Part shown: positions 7,925 through 18,827 of the stretch, piece by piece | Layout: the number at the start of each line of letters is the position of its first letter | Position numbering within the stretch: the stretch's first letter is position 1 | Made by a program: the position numbers and the translations under genes | NCBI GenBank assembly: GCA_965603595.1 | Contig: CBFDDP010000002.1 | Span: forward strand, 847 to 64,846 | From: an uncultured bacterium | GTDB taxonomy: Bacteria > Spirochaetota > B62-G9 > DRHN01 | Reading direction: 5' to 3' | DNA length: 64,000 nucleotides | The notes under the pieces: model-generated | What the model was told of the DNA's origin: nothing | The model's input: the letters and a program-made list of their open reading frames with translations, nothing else | Database searches by the model: none

Positions 7925-9994
7925 ATGGAGAGGAAGCAGGCTAAGGAGAGAATGGCCTACCTTCTGGCGGAGGTGACGAGGAATCAGGACCTCTACTACA
8001 GAGATGCGCAGCCCGAAATAGGCGACGGAGAGTATGACGTGCTGTTCGATGAGCTCCAAGAACTGGAGCGACACTACCCCGAATTTGCGTCTCCCGACAG
8101 TCCAACCAAACGAGTCGGCTCTGACCTGGACAACGATTTTCCGGAAGTGGCACACCCGACTCCCATGCTCAGTCTCGAAAAGGTCTACACCACCGATGAC
8201 CTTGAGGAATGGATTGGGAAGGCTGAAAGGGATGGGGGGGGTACACTCTCCTTTGTAGTTGAGGAGAAGGTGGACGGTTCCACTATAGTGCTCCACTACC
8301 GGGAAGGGCTGCTCGTGAGAGCCGTCACGCGCGGTGACGGCTATGTGGGTAACGATATAACGGAGAACGTACGGACTATCCGTGATATCCCACTCCGGCT
8401 CCGCGAACCGGTTACTTCGGTATTCCGCGGTGAGATCTACATCGAGAAGCTCGATTTTGAAAAATTCAACGAGGCAACGGGAAATATCTATGCCAACCCG
8501 AGGAATTTTGCTGCAGGAAATCTAAGGAGAAAGCGCAGCATGGAAGTTGCCGCCATACCCCTCAGGTCCTTCGTGTATGAGGGGCTGAATGCTGAATCTG
8601 ATACGCAGGAACATATCCATGTGCTGCACCGGCTCTCGGGCCTGGGTTTCTTGATCAGTGATAATATAGGATTCTTTTCTCGAGACTTCTTACAGACCAG
8701 CTATGATTCTATATTCAAGGATCATGCATGGTTGCGGGGGGATGTCAAAGGGCTTCCCTCCTTTATTCAGGAACAGCTGGAGAGGAGAGAACTTCTTCCC
8801 TATGAGATTGACGGCTATGTGGTGAAGGTTAACGAGTATGCACAGCGGGAACGTATGGGCTTCACTGCGCATCACCCAAGGTGGGCCATGGCGTACAAGT
8901 TTGAGGCGCCGCAAGCGGTATCGACGATCGAGAATATTGAGGTGCAGGTGGGACGTACGGGCAGAATAACACCGGTGGCACGCATAGCGCCGGTCTGGAT
9001 TGCCGGGAGTACGGTGAGTAACGTGACGCTCCACAATCAGGATTATATACTCGGTCTCGATGCAGCCATAGGTGATCGGGTCAGTGTGAGCAAGCGGGGC
9101 GACGTGATACCGGCGGTTGAAGATGTGCTGGAGAAGAATGATGCAGGGAATGGGGCCTTTGTGCTTCCCGACAACTGCCCTGTGTGCTCCACCCGCCTTG
9201 TGCGTGACGGAGCACATCATTTCTGTCCAAACCTGGGCTGTCCCGCCCGGGTTTTCGGCAGAATCACCTTTTTTGCCGCCAGAGGGCAGATGGATATCTC
9301 AAACCTCGGTTCTGAGACGATCAGGGCACTGCTCGACATGGGGCTCATCAAAGACATACCGGACATCTACACTTTTGACCCCGACCGCCTCATCGATGTG
9401 GAGGGATTCGGCGAGAAAAAGGTGATGTTGCTGCGGGAAGGAATAGAGAAGAGTAGGCAGCAGCCCTTCGTCGTGGTTCTCACAGCGCTGGGACTTGACG
9501 AGGTCGGGCCGAAGATAGTGGAGCTTCTTATCGAGGGAGGGTATGATTCGATCGACAAACTCATCGAAGCATCCCACCGGCAGGACCCTGAACTCTTCAC
9601 CCGGATTCAGGGGATTGGTCCCAAGACAGCACAGAAGCTCATCGATCAGCTGAGGGACCCATTTATCCTTGACATGATCGATCGGCTGCGTAAGGCTGGG
9701 CTGACCTTTCGCCTGACGACATCCCGCGAGAAGGATGACGTTTCCCAGATATTTCATGGCCAGGTCTGGTGTGTGACGGGTAGCTTCAGCCATTTCAAAC
9801 CCCGGGACAGGGCCATGGAAGAGGTGAAACGACGCGGAGGCAGGGTCGTCTCGAGCGTGACTGGGAGCACTTCCCATCTGCTCGTGGGGGAGAATCCTGG
9901 AGGCAAGTATGAAAAAGCTCGAAAGCTTGGGACTGCCCTGGTGTATGAGGAGGATTTTCTTAAACGAATAGCGAACGAAAAGGGAGAACAATGA
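7925..9994 (+). CDS. ligA: NAD-dependent DNA ligase LigA.
   Basis: Adenylation motif KVDG, OB domain, the zinc finger CPVCSTRLVRDGAHHFCPNLGCP, HhH repeats and a C-terminal BRCT. The ATG at 7925 is preceded by GGGAGA. The ORF extends to 7898 without an RBS. Confidence 0.9.
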   Translation: MERKQAKERMAYLLAEVTRNQDLYYRDAQPEIGDGEYDVLFDELQELERHYPEFASPDSPTKRVGSDLDNDFPEVAHPTPMLSLEKVYTTDDLEEWIGKAERDGGGTLSFVVEEKVDGSTIVLHYREGLLVRAVTRGDGYVGNDITENVRTIRDIPLRLREPVTSVFRGEIYIEKLDFEKFNEATGNIYANPRNFAAGNLRRKRSMEVAAIPLRSFVYEGLNAESDTQEHIHVLHRLSGLGFLISDNIGFFSRDFLQTSYDSIFKDHAWLRGDVKGLPSFIQEQLERRELLPYEIDGYVVKVNEYAQRERMGFTAHHPRWAMAYKFEAPQAVSTIENIEVQVGRTGRITPVARIAPVWIAGSTVSNVTLHNQDYILGLDAAIGDRVSVSKRGDVIPAVEDVLEKNDAGNGAFVLPDNCPVCSTRLVRDGAHHFCPNLGCPARVFGRITFFAARGQMDISNLGSETIRALLDMGLIKDIPDIYTFDPDRLIDVEGFGEKKVMLLREGIEKSRQQPFVVVLTALGLDEVGPKIVELLIEGGYDSIDKLIEASHRQDPELFTRIQGIGPKTAQKLIDQLRDPFILDMIDRLRKAGLTFRLTTSREKDDVSQIFHGQVWCVTGSFSHFKPRDRAMEEVKRRGGRVVSSVTGSTSHLLVGENPGGKYEKARKLGTALVYEEDFLKRIANEKGEQ

Positions 9995-10704
9995 GTTACG
10001 CTGAAAAGTATGAACATCAGATGAAGGAGTTTCTGCAGGTGTGCAGGAGACTCAGTGAAAACATGTATGTAACCAGTCATGGTGGGAATCTGGCATGGCG
10101 CCTGGAGGAAGACCTGATCCTCATTACCCCTACCAAACTGAACAAGGGAGATATCAGGATAGAGGACCTGGTATTCATCGATCTCGAAGGAAAGAGGATT
10201 GAAGGTGAGCGAAAACCCACCGGTGAAACGCCCATGTACCTGAACTTCTTTGGGCAACGGCCGGATATTTCATCGGTGATACACTGCCACCCTCCCTACA
10301 CCAATGCCTTTGCCATCGCTGAGGGTAACAACTGGCTCATGCGGCCGACCTTCCCCGAAACATCCACTGAAGTAGGACCGGTCCCGGTGGTTCCCTACGG
10401 AGAGCCGCTCACGCAGAAACTGGCCGATAATTTCCTGCCCTATCTCAGAAAATACAATGCCTTTCTCATGGAAAATCACGGACTGGTCATCATGAGCCCC
10501 GAGGGCATATACCGAACCCTCGAACTCATCGAGATACTTGAAGTGACGTCTCAATCTCTTGTTGCGGCGCTGGCAATCGGAGAGATCAGGGAGATATCGA
10601 GAGAGGATGTGCAGGACCTCGACAACACCATGCGCACCCGAAACCTGCCGCTGTTCGGAGCGCCGGGTGTGAACAGATCACTCGTTGATCTTTATTTTAC
10701 TTAA
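9991..10704 (+). CDS. Class II aldolase/adducin-family protein (fuculose-phosphate aldolase or MTRu-1-P dehydratase-like).
   Basis: Fold-typical segments SHGGNLAWR, HCHPPYTNAF and MENHGLV. The start ATGA overlaps the ligA stop. Confidence 0.7.
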   Translation: MSYAEKYEHQMKEFLQVCRRLSENMYVTSHGGNLAWRLEEDLILITPTKLNKGDIRIEDLVFIDLEGKRIEGERKPTGETPMYLNFFGQRPDISSVIHCHPPYTNAFAIAEGNNWLMRPTFPETSTEVGPVPVVPYGEPLTQKLADNFLPYLRKYNAFLMENHGLVIMSPEGIYRTLELIEILEVTSQSLVAALAIGEIREISREDVQDLDNTMRTRNLPLFGAPGVNRSLVDLYFT

Positions 10705-11828
10705 ATGATGCGTCTTTCCAGGAAAGGGTTTATCCGGGTTACGATCTCGTAGTTGATCGTGCCGGCCCATCCTGCCATGGTCTCTGCAGAGATAGTCTCT
10801 TTTTCACAGGTCCCCAGAAGAACCACCTCGTCCTCTAGGCCCACGCCCTCGATGTCGGTAATGTCGATCATGGTGAGGTTCATGCATACCCTCCCGATGA
10901 CCGGGGCCCGTTTTCCATGTACGAGGACATAGGCGTTGTTCCCCAGCCTCCGATCATACCCGTCGGCATATCCGATGGGAAGGACAGCCATGGTTGTGCG
11001 CCTCGTCGCTCTGTAGGAGCAGCCGTATCCAATATAACTTCCCTCGTGCAGGACCTTGATCTGCGCAATTTTCGTTTTCCAGGTCAGGACAGGGCGCAGA
11101 TCGGGTACGCTGCCCGCTCCCATTTTTGCCGAGATAAAGGTCTCTCTTGAGGGCCAGAGGCCGTATATGCCGATGCCTGCGCGAAGCATGTTGAAGTGTG
11201 TCTGGGGAAAGAGAATGCTCGCTGCCGTGCATGCGGTGTGTACGATGGGAAGGGTGAGTTTCATGCTGTCGAGGATTTGAAGTGCCCGGTGAAAGAGTGA
11301 GAGCTGATGCTCTGAATATTCGTGATTGAGCGTGTCTTCTATATTGGCAAAATGTGTTGAAAGGCCTTCGAGTTTAACCCCCTCTGCCCTCACTATCCCT
11401 TCGACAAAGCTGCCGATTTCCTCGACCTGGATCCCCTGCCGTCCCGTTCCTGTTTCCACTTTCAGGTGCACCCGTGCGGGTTTTTCATCGTGCAGCTTCG
11501 CAAGTGCATCGATGGTTTCACGGTTGTATACCGTGAGGCGGAGGTCTGACTCCACAGCCTCGCGCAGGCGGTTCAGCGGTACATGGCCGAGCAGGAGCAC
11601 CGGTTTCTGAACCCCCAGCTCCCTGAGTTCGAGTCCCTCATCGAGTGAGTTTACGGCAAACCAGTCGGACGAGGGAAGGAGCTTCACCATCTGAGCCACA
11701 CCGTGGCCATAGGCGTTGGATTTCACCACAGCACAGAACTGTACACCATCGCCTGCACAGGCCTTCAGTTCACGTACATTGTGGTCAGGGGCTTCCCTGT
11801 CGAGTTCAATCCACACAAGGCTGCTCAT
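10701..11828 (-). CDS. alr: Alanine racemase.
   Basis: N-terminal PLP-Lys motif AVVKSNAYGHGV and the whole-length Ala racemase pattern. Convergent with, and 4-nt overlapping, the aldolase gene. Confidence 0.9.
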   Translation of the reverse strand: MSSLVWIELDREAPDHNVRELKACAGDGVQFCAVVKSNAYGHGVAQMVKLLPSSDWFAVNSLDEGLELRELGVQKPVLLLGHVPLNRLREAVESDLRLTVYNRETIDALAKLHDEKPARVHLKVETGTGRQGIQVEEIGSFVEGIVRAEGVKLEGLSTHFANIEDTLNHEYSEHQLSLFHRALQILDSMKLTLPIVHTACTAASILFPQTHFNMLRAGIGIYGLWPSRETFISAKMGAGSVPDLRPVLTWKTKIAQIKVLHEGSYIGYGCSYRATRRTTMAVLPIGYADGYDRRLGNNAYVLVHGKRAPVIGRVCMNLTMIDITDIEGVGLEDEVVLLGTCEKETISAETMAGWAGTINYEIVTRINPFLERRII

Positions 11829-12020
11829 GACACCTAAGCATACTATGAGTATTCTTACCTGACAACAGGAAACACTGTTCCGGCCACCCTGCTGCTGTGG
11901 AAAAGTTCTTGCAACTTGAGGCGGTTACATAAATAATAAAGTGACTGTCGCTCTGGTACTTTCGTAACTTTCTGGCAAATCGCGCTATATTAGTATCATA
12001 CATGGAATGCGGGGGCATAT

Positions 12021-13004
12021 ATGCCGGGTAAAGCTGAACTGCTCAAACAGGTACCTATTTTTTCCGAGCTTTCACAGAGAGCGCTGGATACAGTGGCCCG
12101 TTACAGCAGGTATTACAAATATGGCACGGGTGAAGTCATTTTCGATGATAACAGCCGGGGGGAGGAACTCTTTGTCATCAAGAACGGCGAGGTGCTCATC
12201 ACCAAGCATCATGCTGAGGGAGACAGGGACATCGCGCGTTTCATAGCCGGTGAAACCTTCGGTGACCTCGAACTGTTCGATGAAGCTTCCAGGTCCACAG
12301 TGGCGACTGCACTAACAGAAACAGTGCTTCTCCAGTTTCCAGGCAAGGACTTTCTGCTCGAAGACCTGCTTCGGAGGCACGCGAAAATATTCGCTCCCGT
12401 GCTTCACAGCCTGCTCGTTGTTATTGCCCGGCGTATCCGTGATACGAACAAGCTCATCTCTGAGAATGCACCCTGGGTACAGGACCTGCGGAGACAGCTG
12501 CACACCGATAAGCTGACAGGCCTGTACAACCGCACCTACCTCGAGGAGGATTTCTCCGAACTTCTATCCGGATATGGAGAAGGAACAGCACTCATCATGG
12601 TAAAGCCGGACAGATTCAAACATATCAACGATCGATTCGGACATGAAACGGGAGACCGAGTATTGCGGGTCATGGCGCAGACACTGCTCGATGCGGCAGG
12701 CAGTGAAGGGTTGGCTGCACGGTACAGGGGAGATGAATTTGCGGTCATTCTGCCGGCTGCAGGGATTGAACGGTCCCGGAATCTGGCACGGGACATCGGA
12801 AAGGCGATGGGTTCAATCGACATGGGGAAACTGGTGGGAGAAGCGTACGAACCCATAACCGTAAGTACAGGGGTTGCCCTCTATTCCCGTGATGGCAAAA
12901 CGAATATGGAACTGATACAGAGTGCCTTTGAACTGATGTTCATGGCGCAGGAAGCCGGCGGTAATTGTGTTCTCCATGCCGGCGACGCGGTGGAGGTACG
13001 CTAG
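12021..13004 (+). CDS. Cyclic-nucleotide-binding (CAP-like) domain fused to a GGDEF domain with a non-canonical RGDEF active-site motif.
   Basis: The N-terminal cNMP-binding fold (FSELSQRALDTV...GEVIF...GETFGDLELF) is followed by the GGDEF-domain hallmarks LTGLYNR, DRFKHINDRFGHETGD and ARYRGDEFAVILP. There is no RxxD I-site before the motif. Confidence 0.8.
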   Translation: MPGKAELLKQVPIFSELSQRALDTVARYSRYYKYGTGEVIFDDNSRGEELFVIKNGEVLITKHHAEGDRDIARFIAGETFGDLELFDEASRSTVATALTETVLLQFPGKDFLLEDLLRRHAKIFAPVLHSLLVVIARRIRDTNKLISENAPWVQDLRRQLHTDKLTGLYNRTYLEEDFSELLSGYGEGTALIMVKPDRFKHINDRFGHETGDRVLRVMAQTLLDAAGSEGLAARYRGDEFAVILPAAGIERSRNLARDIGKAMGSIDMGKLVGEAYEPITVSTGVALYSRDGKTNMELIQSAFELMFMAQEAGGNCVLHAGDAVEVR

Positions 13005-13985
13005 ATGGCGCGAGAAGCTGTTGAATTCCTGAAACAGGTTGAGCTCTTCTCCCTTCTCGGCGATGAAGAGATTGAATCTATAATAGAGTTTCTTCGTACA
13101 ATCCATGTCGATGAGGCCGGAACGCTGTTCAGGCAGGGGGATGAGGGCCATGAGCTCTACATCGTCCGTTCCGGGAAGATACGGGTTGCAATCACACTGC
13201 ATGACGGCCGGGAAAAGGACATCACCGAGTTTTTGCCTGGAGATTTTTTTGGAGAAATGTCCATTTTCGAGAATGCTCCCCGCTCTGCCACCTGTTACGC
13301 CAGTGAGCAGAGCAGCCTCTACGCGCTCATGGGTAGGGATTTCTACAGACTCATAAAGGATTCGCCGTCGCTTGCCATAAAGATCATGTACAGGATGTCA
13401 AATATTACGACACGCCGTTTACGCAGCACCGGTGAGTTCCTCTCCGACATGGTGGTGTGGGGGAAAAGGGCCCGCAAACGTGCAATAACCGATGAGCTGA
13501 CCGGCGTATACAACCGCCACTTCCTCGATGATGCTCTGGAGAATCAGATACACCGAGCAAGGGAAGGTGGAAGCCCGCTCTCTGTCGTTATGGTCGACCT
13601 GGACCACTTCAGGTCGATCAACGATGCCTATGGTCATGAAGTGGGCGACGAGATTCTCCTCTCAGCGGTCGAGATTTTTAAGAGGCATCTCAGAGAGAGG
13701 GATATCCTGGCCCGCTACGGCGGTGATGAGTTCACCATTCTCCTGCCGCACACGGGAATCGAGAAAGCGAGAAGCCTAGCGCAGATGGTCTGTGATGAGA
13801 TGGAGCAGGTCGAGACGCTGCAGCATCGTGGCGGCACACTGACCCGGGTAACCACTTCGCAGGGCATAGCAGCTTTCCCAACCCACGCGAATAACCTGCC
13901 CGCTCTGATGAAAAAGGCAGATGAGGCACTGTACAGGGCGAAGGAGCTTGGCAGAAACAGAGTTGTCTGTGCCGCAGACAGCTAG
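13005..13985 (+). CDS. Cyclic-nucleotide-binding domain fused to a canonical GGDEF diguanylate cyclase with an RxxD I-site.
   Basis: The cNMP-binding N-terminus is followed by LTGVYNR, DHFRSINDAYGHEVGD and RERDILARYGGDEFTILLP (I-site RERD five residues upstream of GGDEF). The start ATG immediately follows the TAG of the upstream paralogue. Confidence 0.85.
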   Translation: MAREAVEFLKQVELFSLLGDEEIESIIEFLRTIHVDEAGTLFRQGDEGHELYIVRSGKIRVAITLHDGREKDITEFLPGDFFGEMSIFENAPRSATCYASEQSSLYALMGRDFYRLIKDSPSLAIKIMYRMSNITTRRLRSTGEFLSDMVVWGKRARKRAITDELTGVYNRHFLDDALENQIHRAREGGSPLSVVMVDLDHFRSINDAYGHEVGDEILLSAVEIFKRHLRERDILARYGGDEFTILLPHTGIEKARSLAQMVCDEMEQVETLQHRGGTLTRVTTSQGIAAFPTHANNLPALMKKADEALYRAKELGRNRVVCAADS

Positions 13986-14041
13986 GTCGGGCAGTCCTGG
14001 TATTGCGCATGTGAGTGCTTTCATCGATGGAGGGACCATAC

Positions 14042-15202
14042 ATGAAGAAAGTTCCTATCACCACTATTTATGAAAAGAACAGGGTTATCGAAAATATCAT
14101 TGACGCCATGCTTACGAGGAATAAATTCCTGCTTCTGGGTCACCGCAATCCCGATGAAGACTGCATTGCCTCTATGGTTGCCTTCTCACTCCTTCTTGGA
14201 AAAATGTACAAGGATGCCGAGATCTGTCTCGGTGAGAAGGTGCACGAACACTTTCAGTATCTTTTTAATATCTGCCGATACAATTCAATCACCCTCGTCG
14301 ATGCATGCGAGAGCTTTGAAGACAGCATTGACACAATAGTCATATGCGATACGCCGAAACCTTCCATGATTGAGCGCAACCGCATGATTGAGAAGCTCTT
14401 TGAAGACCCGGCGGTACTAAAGATCGAAATCGATCACCATATCGGTGCCGACTCGACCTATATTGGTGATCAGGGCTACTGTCTGGTTACCGATGCCACC
14501 TCCTCGAGCGAGCTCGTTGGACATCTCGCTCTTAAAATGAGGAACCGACGGGGACTTGTTGATCAATTCCAGATCAACGAGGTCCTTTCCCGCAATGTCA
14601 TACTTGCCATACTCACCGGAATTATCGGTGATACCAACATGGGTCAGTTTCTTAAATCACGGCGGGAGAAGAAGTTATACCACATTTTCAGTTCTATGCT
14701 CAACAACCTCCTCGCTGAGGAGACGGTCAAAGAATCAAACTTCAAGAACATGGACGAAATCTTTAAGGAATTGCACCGACTCTCGACAAAGGAAGACCAC
14801 AGTTATCGATACTTTATGGACCGGAAGCAGTTTTCCCAGTCCATCGGCTGGGTCGCACTCGACGAGGGCGATACGGAAAAACTCTTTCGCAATGTAGACG
14901 AGCAAACGGTGGTAAATGTTGTACGGGCGGTTGCAAATGAACTTGCTGAGGAAAGCGGCAGACTGAGTCTCGTTTCCTATTACGATAAACCCGGGCTTTC
15001 AGACCTTATACAGTTCCGCATGCGGAGGAGCCAGGCATACAAGAAGTACGATTTGCGGGAGATGCTCACGCTCTTCTCCATAGAGAACGGAGGCGGCCAT
15101 GAGGGGGCTATCGGATTCCGCCTCCCCCGTTCTGAAATCGATGATTACAATCTGTATGTGCAGGGCCTCATTGGAGGGCTTGAGAAGGTGCTCCCCGCAT
15201 AA
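14042..15202 (+). CDS. DHH/DHHA1-family phosphoesterase (NrnA-like nanoRNase / pAp phosphatase type).
   Basis: Motifs HRNPDEDC, ICDT and EIDHHIG, with a C-terminal DHHA1-like GGGH (ENGGGHEGA). The ATG at 14042 is preceded by GGAGGGA. The ORF extends to 14015. Confidence 0.7.
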   Translation: MKKVPITTIYEKNRVIENIIDAMLTRNKFLLLGHRNPDEDCIASMVAFSLLLGKMYKDAEICLGEKVHEHFQYLFNICRYNSITLVDACESFEDSIDTIVICDTPKPSMIERNRMIEKLFEDPAVLKIEIDHHIGADSTYIGDQGYCLVTDATSSSELVGHLALKMRNRRGLVDQFQINEVLSRNVILAILTGIIGDTNMGQFLKSRREKKLYHIFSSMLNNLLAEETVKESNFKNMDEIFKELHRLSTKEDHSYRYFMDRKQFSQSIGWVALDEGDTEKLFRNVDEQTVVNVVRAVANELAEESGRLSLVSYYDKPGLSDLIQFRMRRSQAYKKYDLREMLTLFSIENGGGHEGAIGFRLPRSEIDDYNLYVQGLIGGLEKVLPA

Positions 15203-15215
15203 GCCTCCCTTTTCG

Positions 15216-15244
15216 TTGACATCCATGGTCTATCATTCTATTTT
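15216..15244 (+). promoter_or_regulatory. Putative promoter for acr3-arsC (TTGACA 15216-15221, 17 nt, TATTTT).
   Basis: Hexamer spacing read directly. No arsR gene lies between it and acr3. Confidence 0.3.
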
Positions 15245-15289
15245 TCTGCACAGATACACACACCTTTTGGTGATGAGGAGGCTTAATCG

Positions 15290-16416
<1,127 letters not shown>

Positions 16417-16420
<4 letters not shown>

Positions 16421-16821
16421 AACAATCGGTACTGTTTATCTGCACCCACAATTCCGCCCGTTCACAGATGGCGGAGGGGCTCTTGAATCACTTCCGCGGT
16501 GACAGTTTCAGGGGATACAGCGCCGGTATCGAGGCGACCCGCGTGCATCCCTATGCAGTGCGCGCACTTGCCGATATCGGTATCGATACAAGCGGGCATC
16601 GTTCTAAAACGGTTGAAGAGTTTCAGGGAGAAACCTTCGATACAGTTGTAACCGTGTGTGACAATGCGCGTGAGTCCTGTCCCTTTTTCCCGGGAAGAAG
16701 GGTGATTCACCGGAGCTTTCGCGACCCGTCGTGCACGGAAGGAAGTGATGCTGAAATACTACAGGACTTCAGAGAGGTGCGGGACGAGATACGGGCCTGG
16801 ATCGATGAGGAGTTTATATGA
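16417..16821 (+). CDS. arsC: Arsenate reductase of the LMW-PTP, thioredoxin-coupled type.
   Basis: The [14 protein letters not shown]-loop (CX5R) with downstream Cys residues. 134 aa. Confidence 0.85.
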
Positions 16822-17570
16822 GCTCCTCCATCTTGTGTTTCACTGCCGCATAGACGCCCTTTCCCCTATTCTCCATGATTGTTCGCACAAAAGCTGAGCC
16901 CACGATTGAGGCGTGCACATGGGGTGCAAGAAGATCTATCTGCTCTCGATGAGAAATCCCGAAACCTGCAAGAATCCTGATCTCCCTCTTACCGGTGGCA
17001 GTGCTGATCCTTCGTAAAAACCCGATGTTGTCGTCTCCTATCTCTGTGACCTTTCCCGTTATACCCTTTCTGAGCGCAGCGTACAGGAAGCGTGGCTCAG
17101 AATGGAGTATGGATTCCAGCCGCTGCGGCCCTATGGTGGGAGCAACCACAGGTACGGCACTCATACCATACTTCTCTGACAGGCGGAACAGGTCTTCATC
17201 ATAGTCAAAGGGCAGGTCAGGAACGATGAGCCCCTGTACCCCCTGCTGCGCGCAGCTATCGATAAAGGCTTCAACACCGCTGTGGAACAGGGTGTTCCCG
17301 TAGCACATGATGAAGATGGGGGTGTCGGATATCGCACGAATACTGCTTACAAGCTCGAACCCGCGCCTGACCTTGAATCCATTTTCAAGGGCTTGTGTAC
17401 AGGCAGTCTGAATGGCAGGCCCGTCTGCTGTTGGGTCGCTGAAGGGGAACTGTATCTCCAGATAGGTACTCCCTCCGTCTATCATGGCAGCGGCGACTTC
17501 CATTGAACTGGCCCCATCGGGATAATAGGCCACCATATGAGTCATCAGCCTATGCTTCATCTTCTCTTCC
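16814..17570 (-). CDS. trpA: Tryptophan synthase alpha chain.
   Basis: MKHRLMTHMVAYYPDG...YLEIQFPFSDPTADGP...GFGIS is the TrpA pattern. The start ATG was mapped at 17570-17568. The listed 419-aa ORF is an upstream in-frame extension overlapping trpB. Confidence 0.9.
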
Positions 17571-18827
17571 TTCCTGCAGGAGAAAATCTCTCCAGCCTTT
17601 TCCGGCAAGCTGCTTTGCCAGTATGAAGAGGTCCTTGTCTCCGCGTCCGGACATGTGGACAATAATCGCCCGGTTTTCGGGCAGTTCAGGTGCCATTTCC
17701 AGTGCCGCTGCTCCCGCATGTGCTGATTCGAGGGCGAATATGAGGCCTTCATGGGAGGCAAAGAACCGAACCGCTGCAAGCGATTCATCGTCGCTCGCAC
17801 TGGTGAATTCGATACGGCCATCCTGCCCCAATCTGGCGAGCTGTGGACCGATTCCTGGATAATCGAGACCGGCCGATATGGAGTGTGTTTTCCCGACCTG
17901 CCCGTCATCGTCGAGCAGGAACAGAGATTTGTAGCCGTGTACAATACCGGGTCTGCCGAAGCCCCCCATCCTCGCAGCGTGTTCTCCCGGGCCTGAGCCT
18001 CTGCCGCCAGCCTCAACCCCGACGAGGCGCGGTTTCTCACGGCCAAGAAAAGGCGCGAAGAACCCGATTGCATTGGACCCTCCGCCCACGCAGGCGATGA
18101 GCGCCTCGACTTCCAGGCCCAGTCTTACCATCTCCTCCTCAACCTCTCTGCCAATGACTGACTGGAACTCCCGGACCATATCGGGGTAGGGTGAGGGCCC
18201 CAGGGCTGAACCGATGAGGTAGTGGGTGGATGTGAAGCTTCCCGCCCAGTCCCTGAGAGCCTCGTTGATAGCATCCTTGAGCGTTTTGGAGCCCGAAACA
18301 ACGGGAACGACCTCGGCCCCGAAAAGCTCCATCCAGAAAACGTTGGGCCGCTGCCGCCACATGTCTATTTCACCCATGTACACACGGCACTTCAGGCCGA
18401 GCTTTGCGCAGGCAGCCGCGGTCGCCACACCATGCTGGCCGGCTCCTGTTTCAGCAATGATTCTTTCCTTACCCATGCGCTTGGCGAGCAGCGCCTGGCC
18501 CAGCGCATTGTTGATCTTGTGGGCTCCCGTGTTTGCAAGGCCTTCGAGCTTGATATAGATTTGGGCGCCACCGCAGCTGTGGGTTGCGTTCTGTGCAAAG
18601 AGAAGAGGTGTCGGTCGTCCCGCATAGGAGACCAGAAGGTCCTGTAGTTCTGAGCAGTATGCATCGCTATCCATGCTCTCTCGCCAGGCTATCTCGAGTT
18701 CATCGAGGGGTGTCCTCAGTATCTCGGCAACGTAACGACCGCCGAAATCACCGAAATAGTCGTTGTATATCCCTTTCACCTGCTTCTCCTCATTACGATG
18801 GGGTTCATGTATCTGTATCCATGCCAT
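17550..18827 (-). CDS. trpB: Tryptophan synthase beta chain (TrpB1 type).
   Basis: NDYFGDFGGRYV, the PLP Lys in GAHKINNALGQ, and GGGSNAIG. Start MAWIQ mapped to the ATG at 18827. The listed 557-aa ORF is an artefactual extension. Confidence 0.9.
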   Translation of the reverse strand: MAWIQIHEPHRNEEKQVKGIYNDYFGDFGGRYVAEILRTPLDELEIAWRESMDSDAYCSELQDLLVSYAGRPTPLLFAQNATHSCGGAQIYIKLEGLANTGAHKINNALGQALLAKRMGKERIIAETGAGQHGVATAAACAKLGLKCRVYMGEIDMWRQRPNVFWMELFGAEVVPVVSGSKTLKDAINEALRDWAGSFTSTHYLIGSALGPSPYPDMVREFQSVIGREVEEEMVRLGLEVEALIACVGGGSNAIGFFAPFLGREKPRLVGVEAGGRGSGPGEHAARMGGFGRPGIVHGYKSLFLLDDDGQVGKTHSISAGLDYPGIGPQLARLGQDGRIEFTSASDDESLAAVRFFASHEGLIFALESAHAGAAALEMAPELPENRAIIVHMSGRGDKDLFILAKQLAGKGWRDFLLQEGREDEA

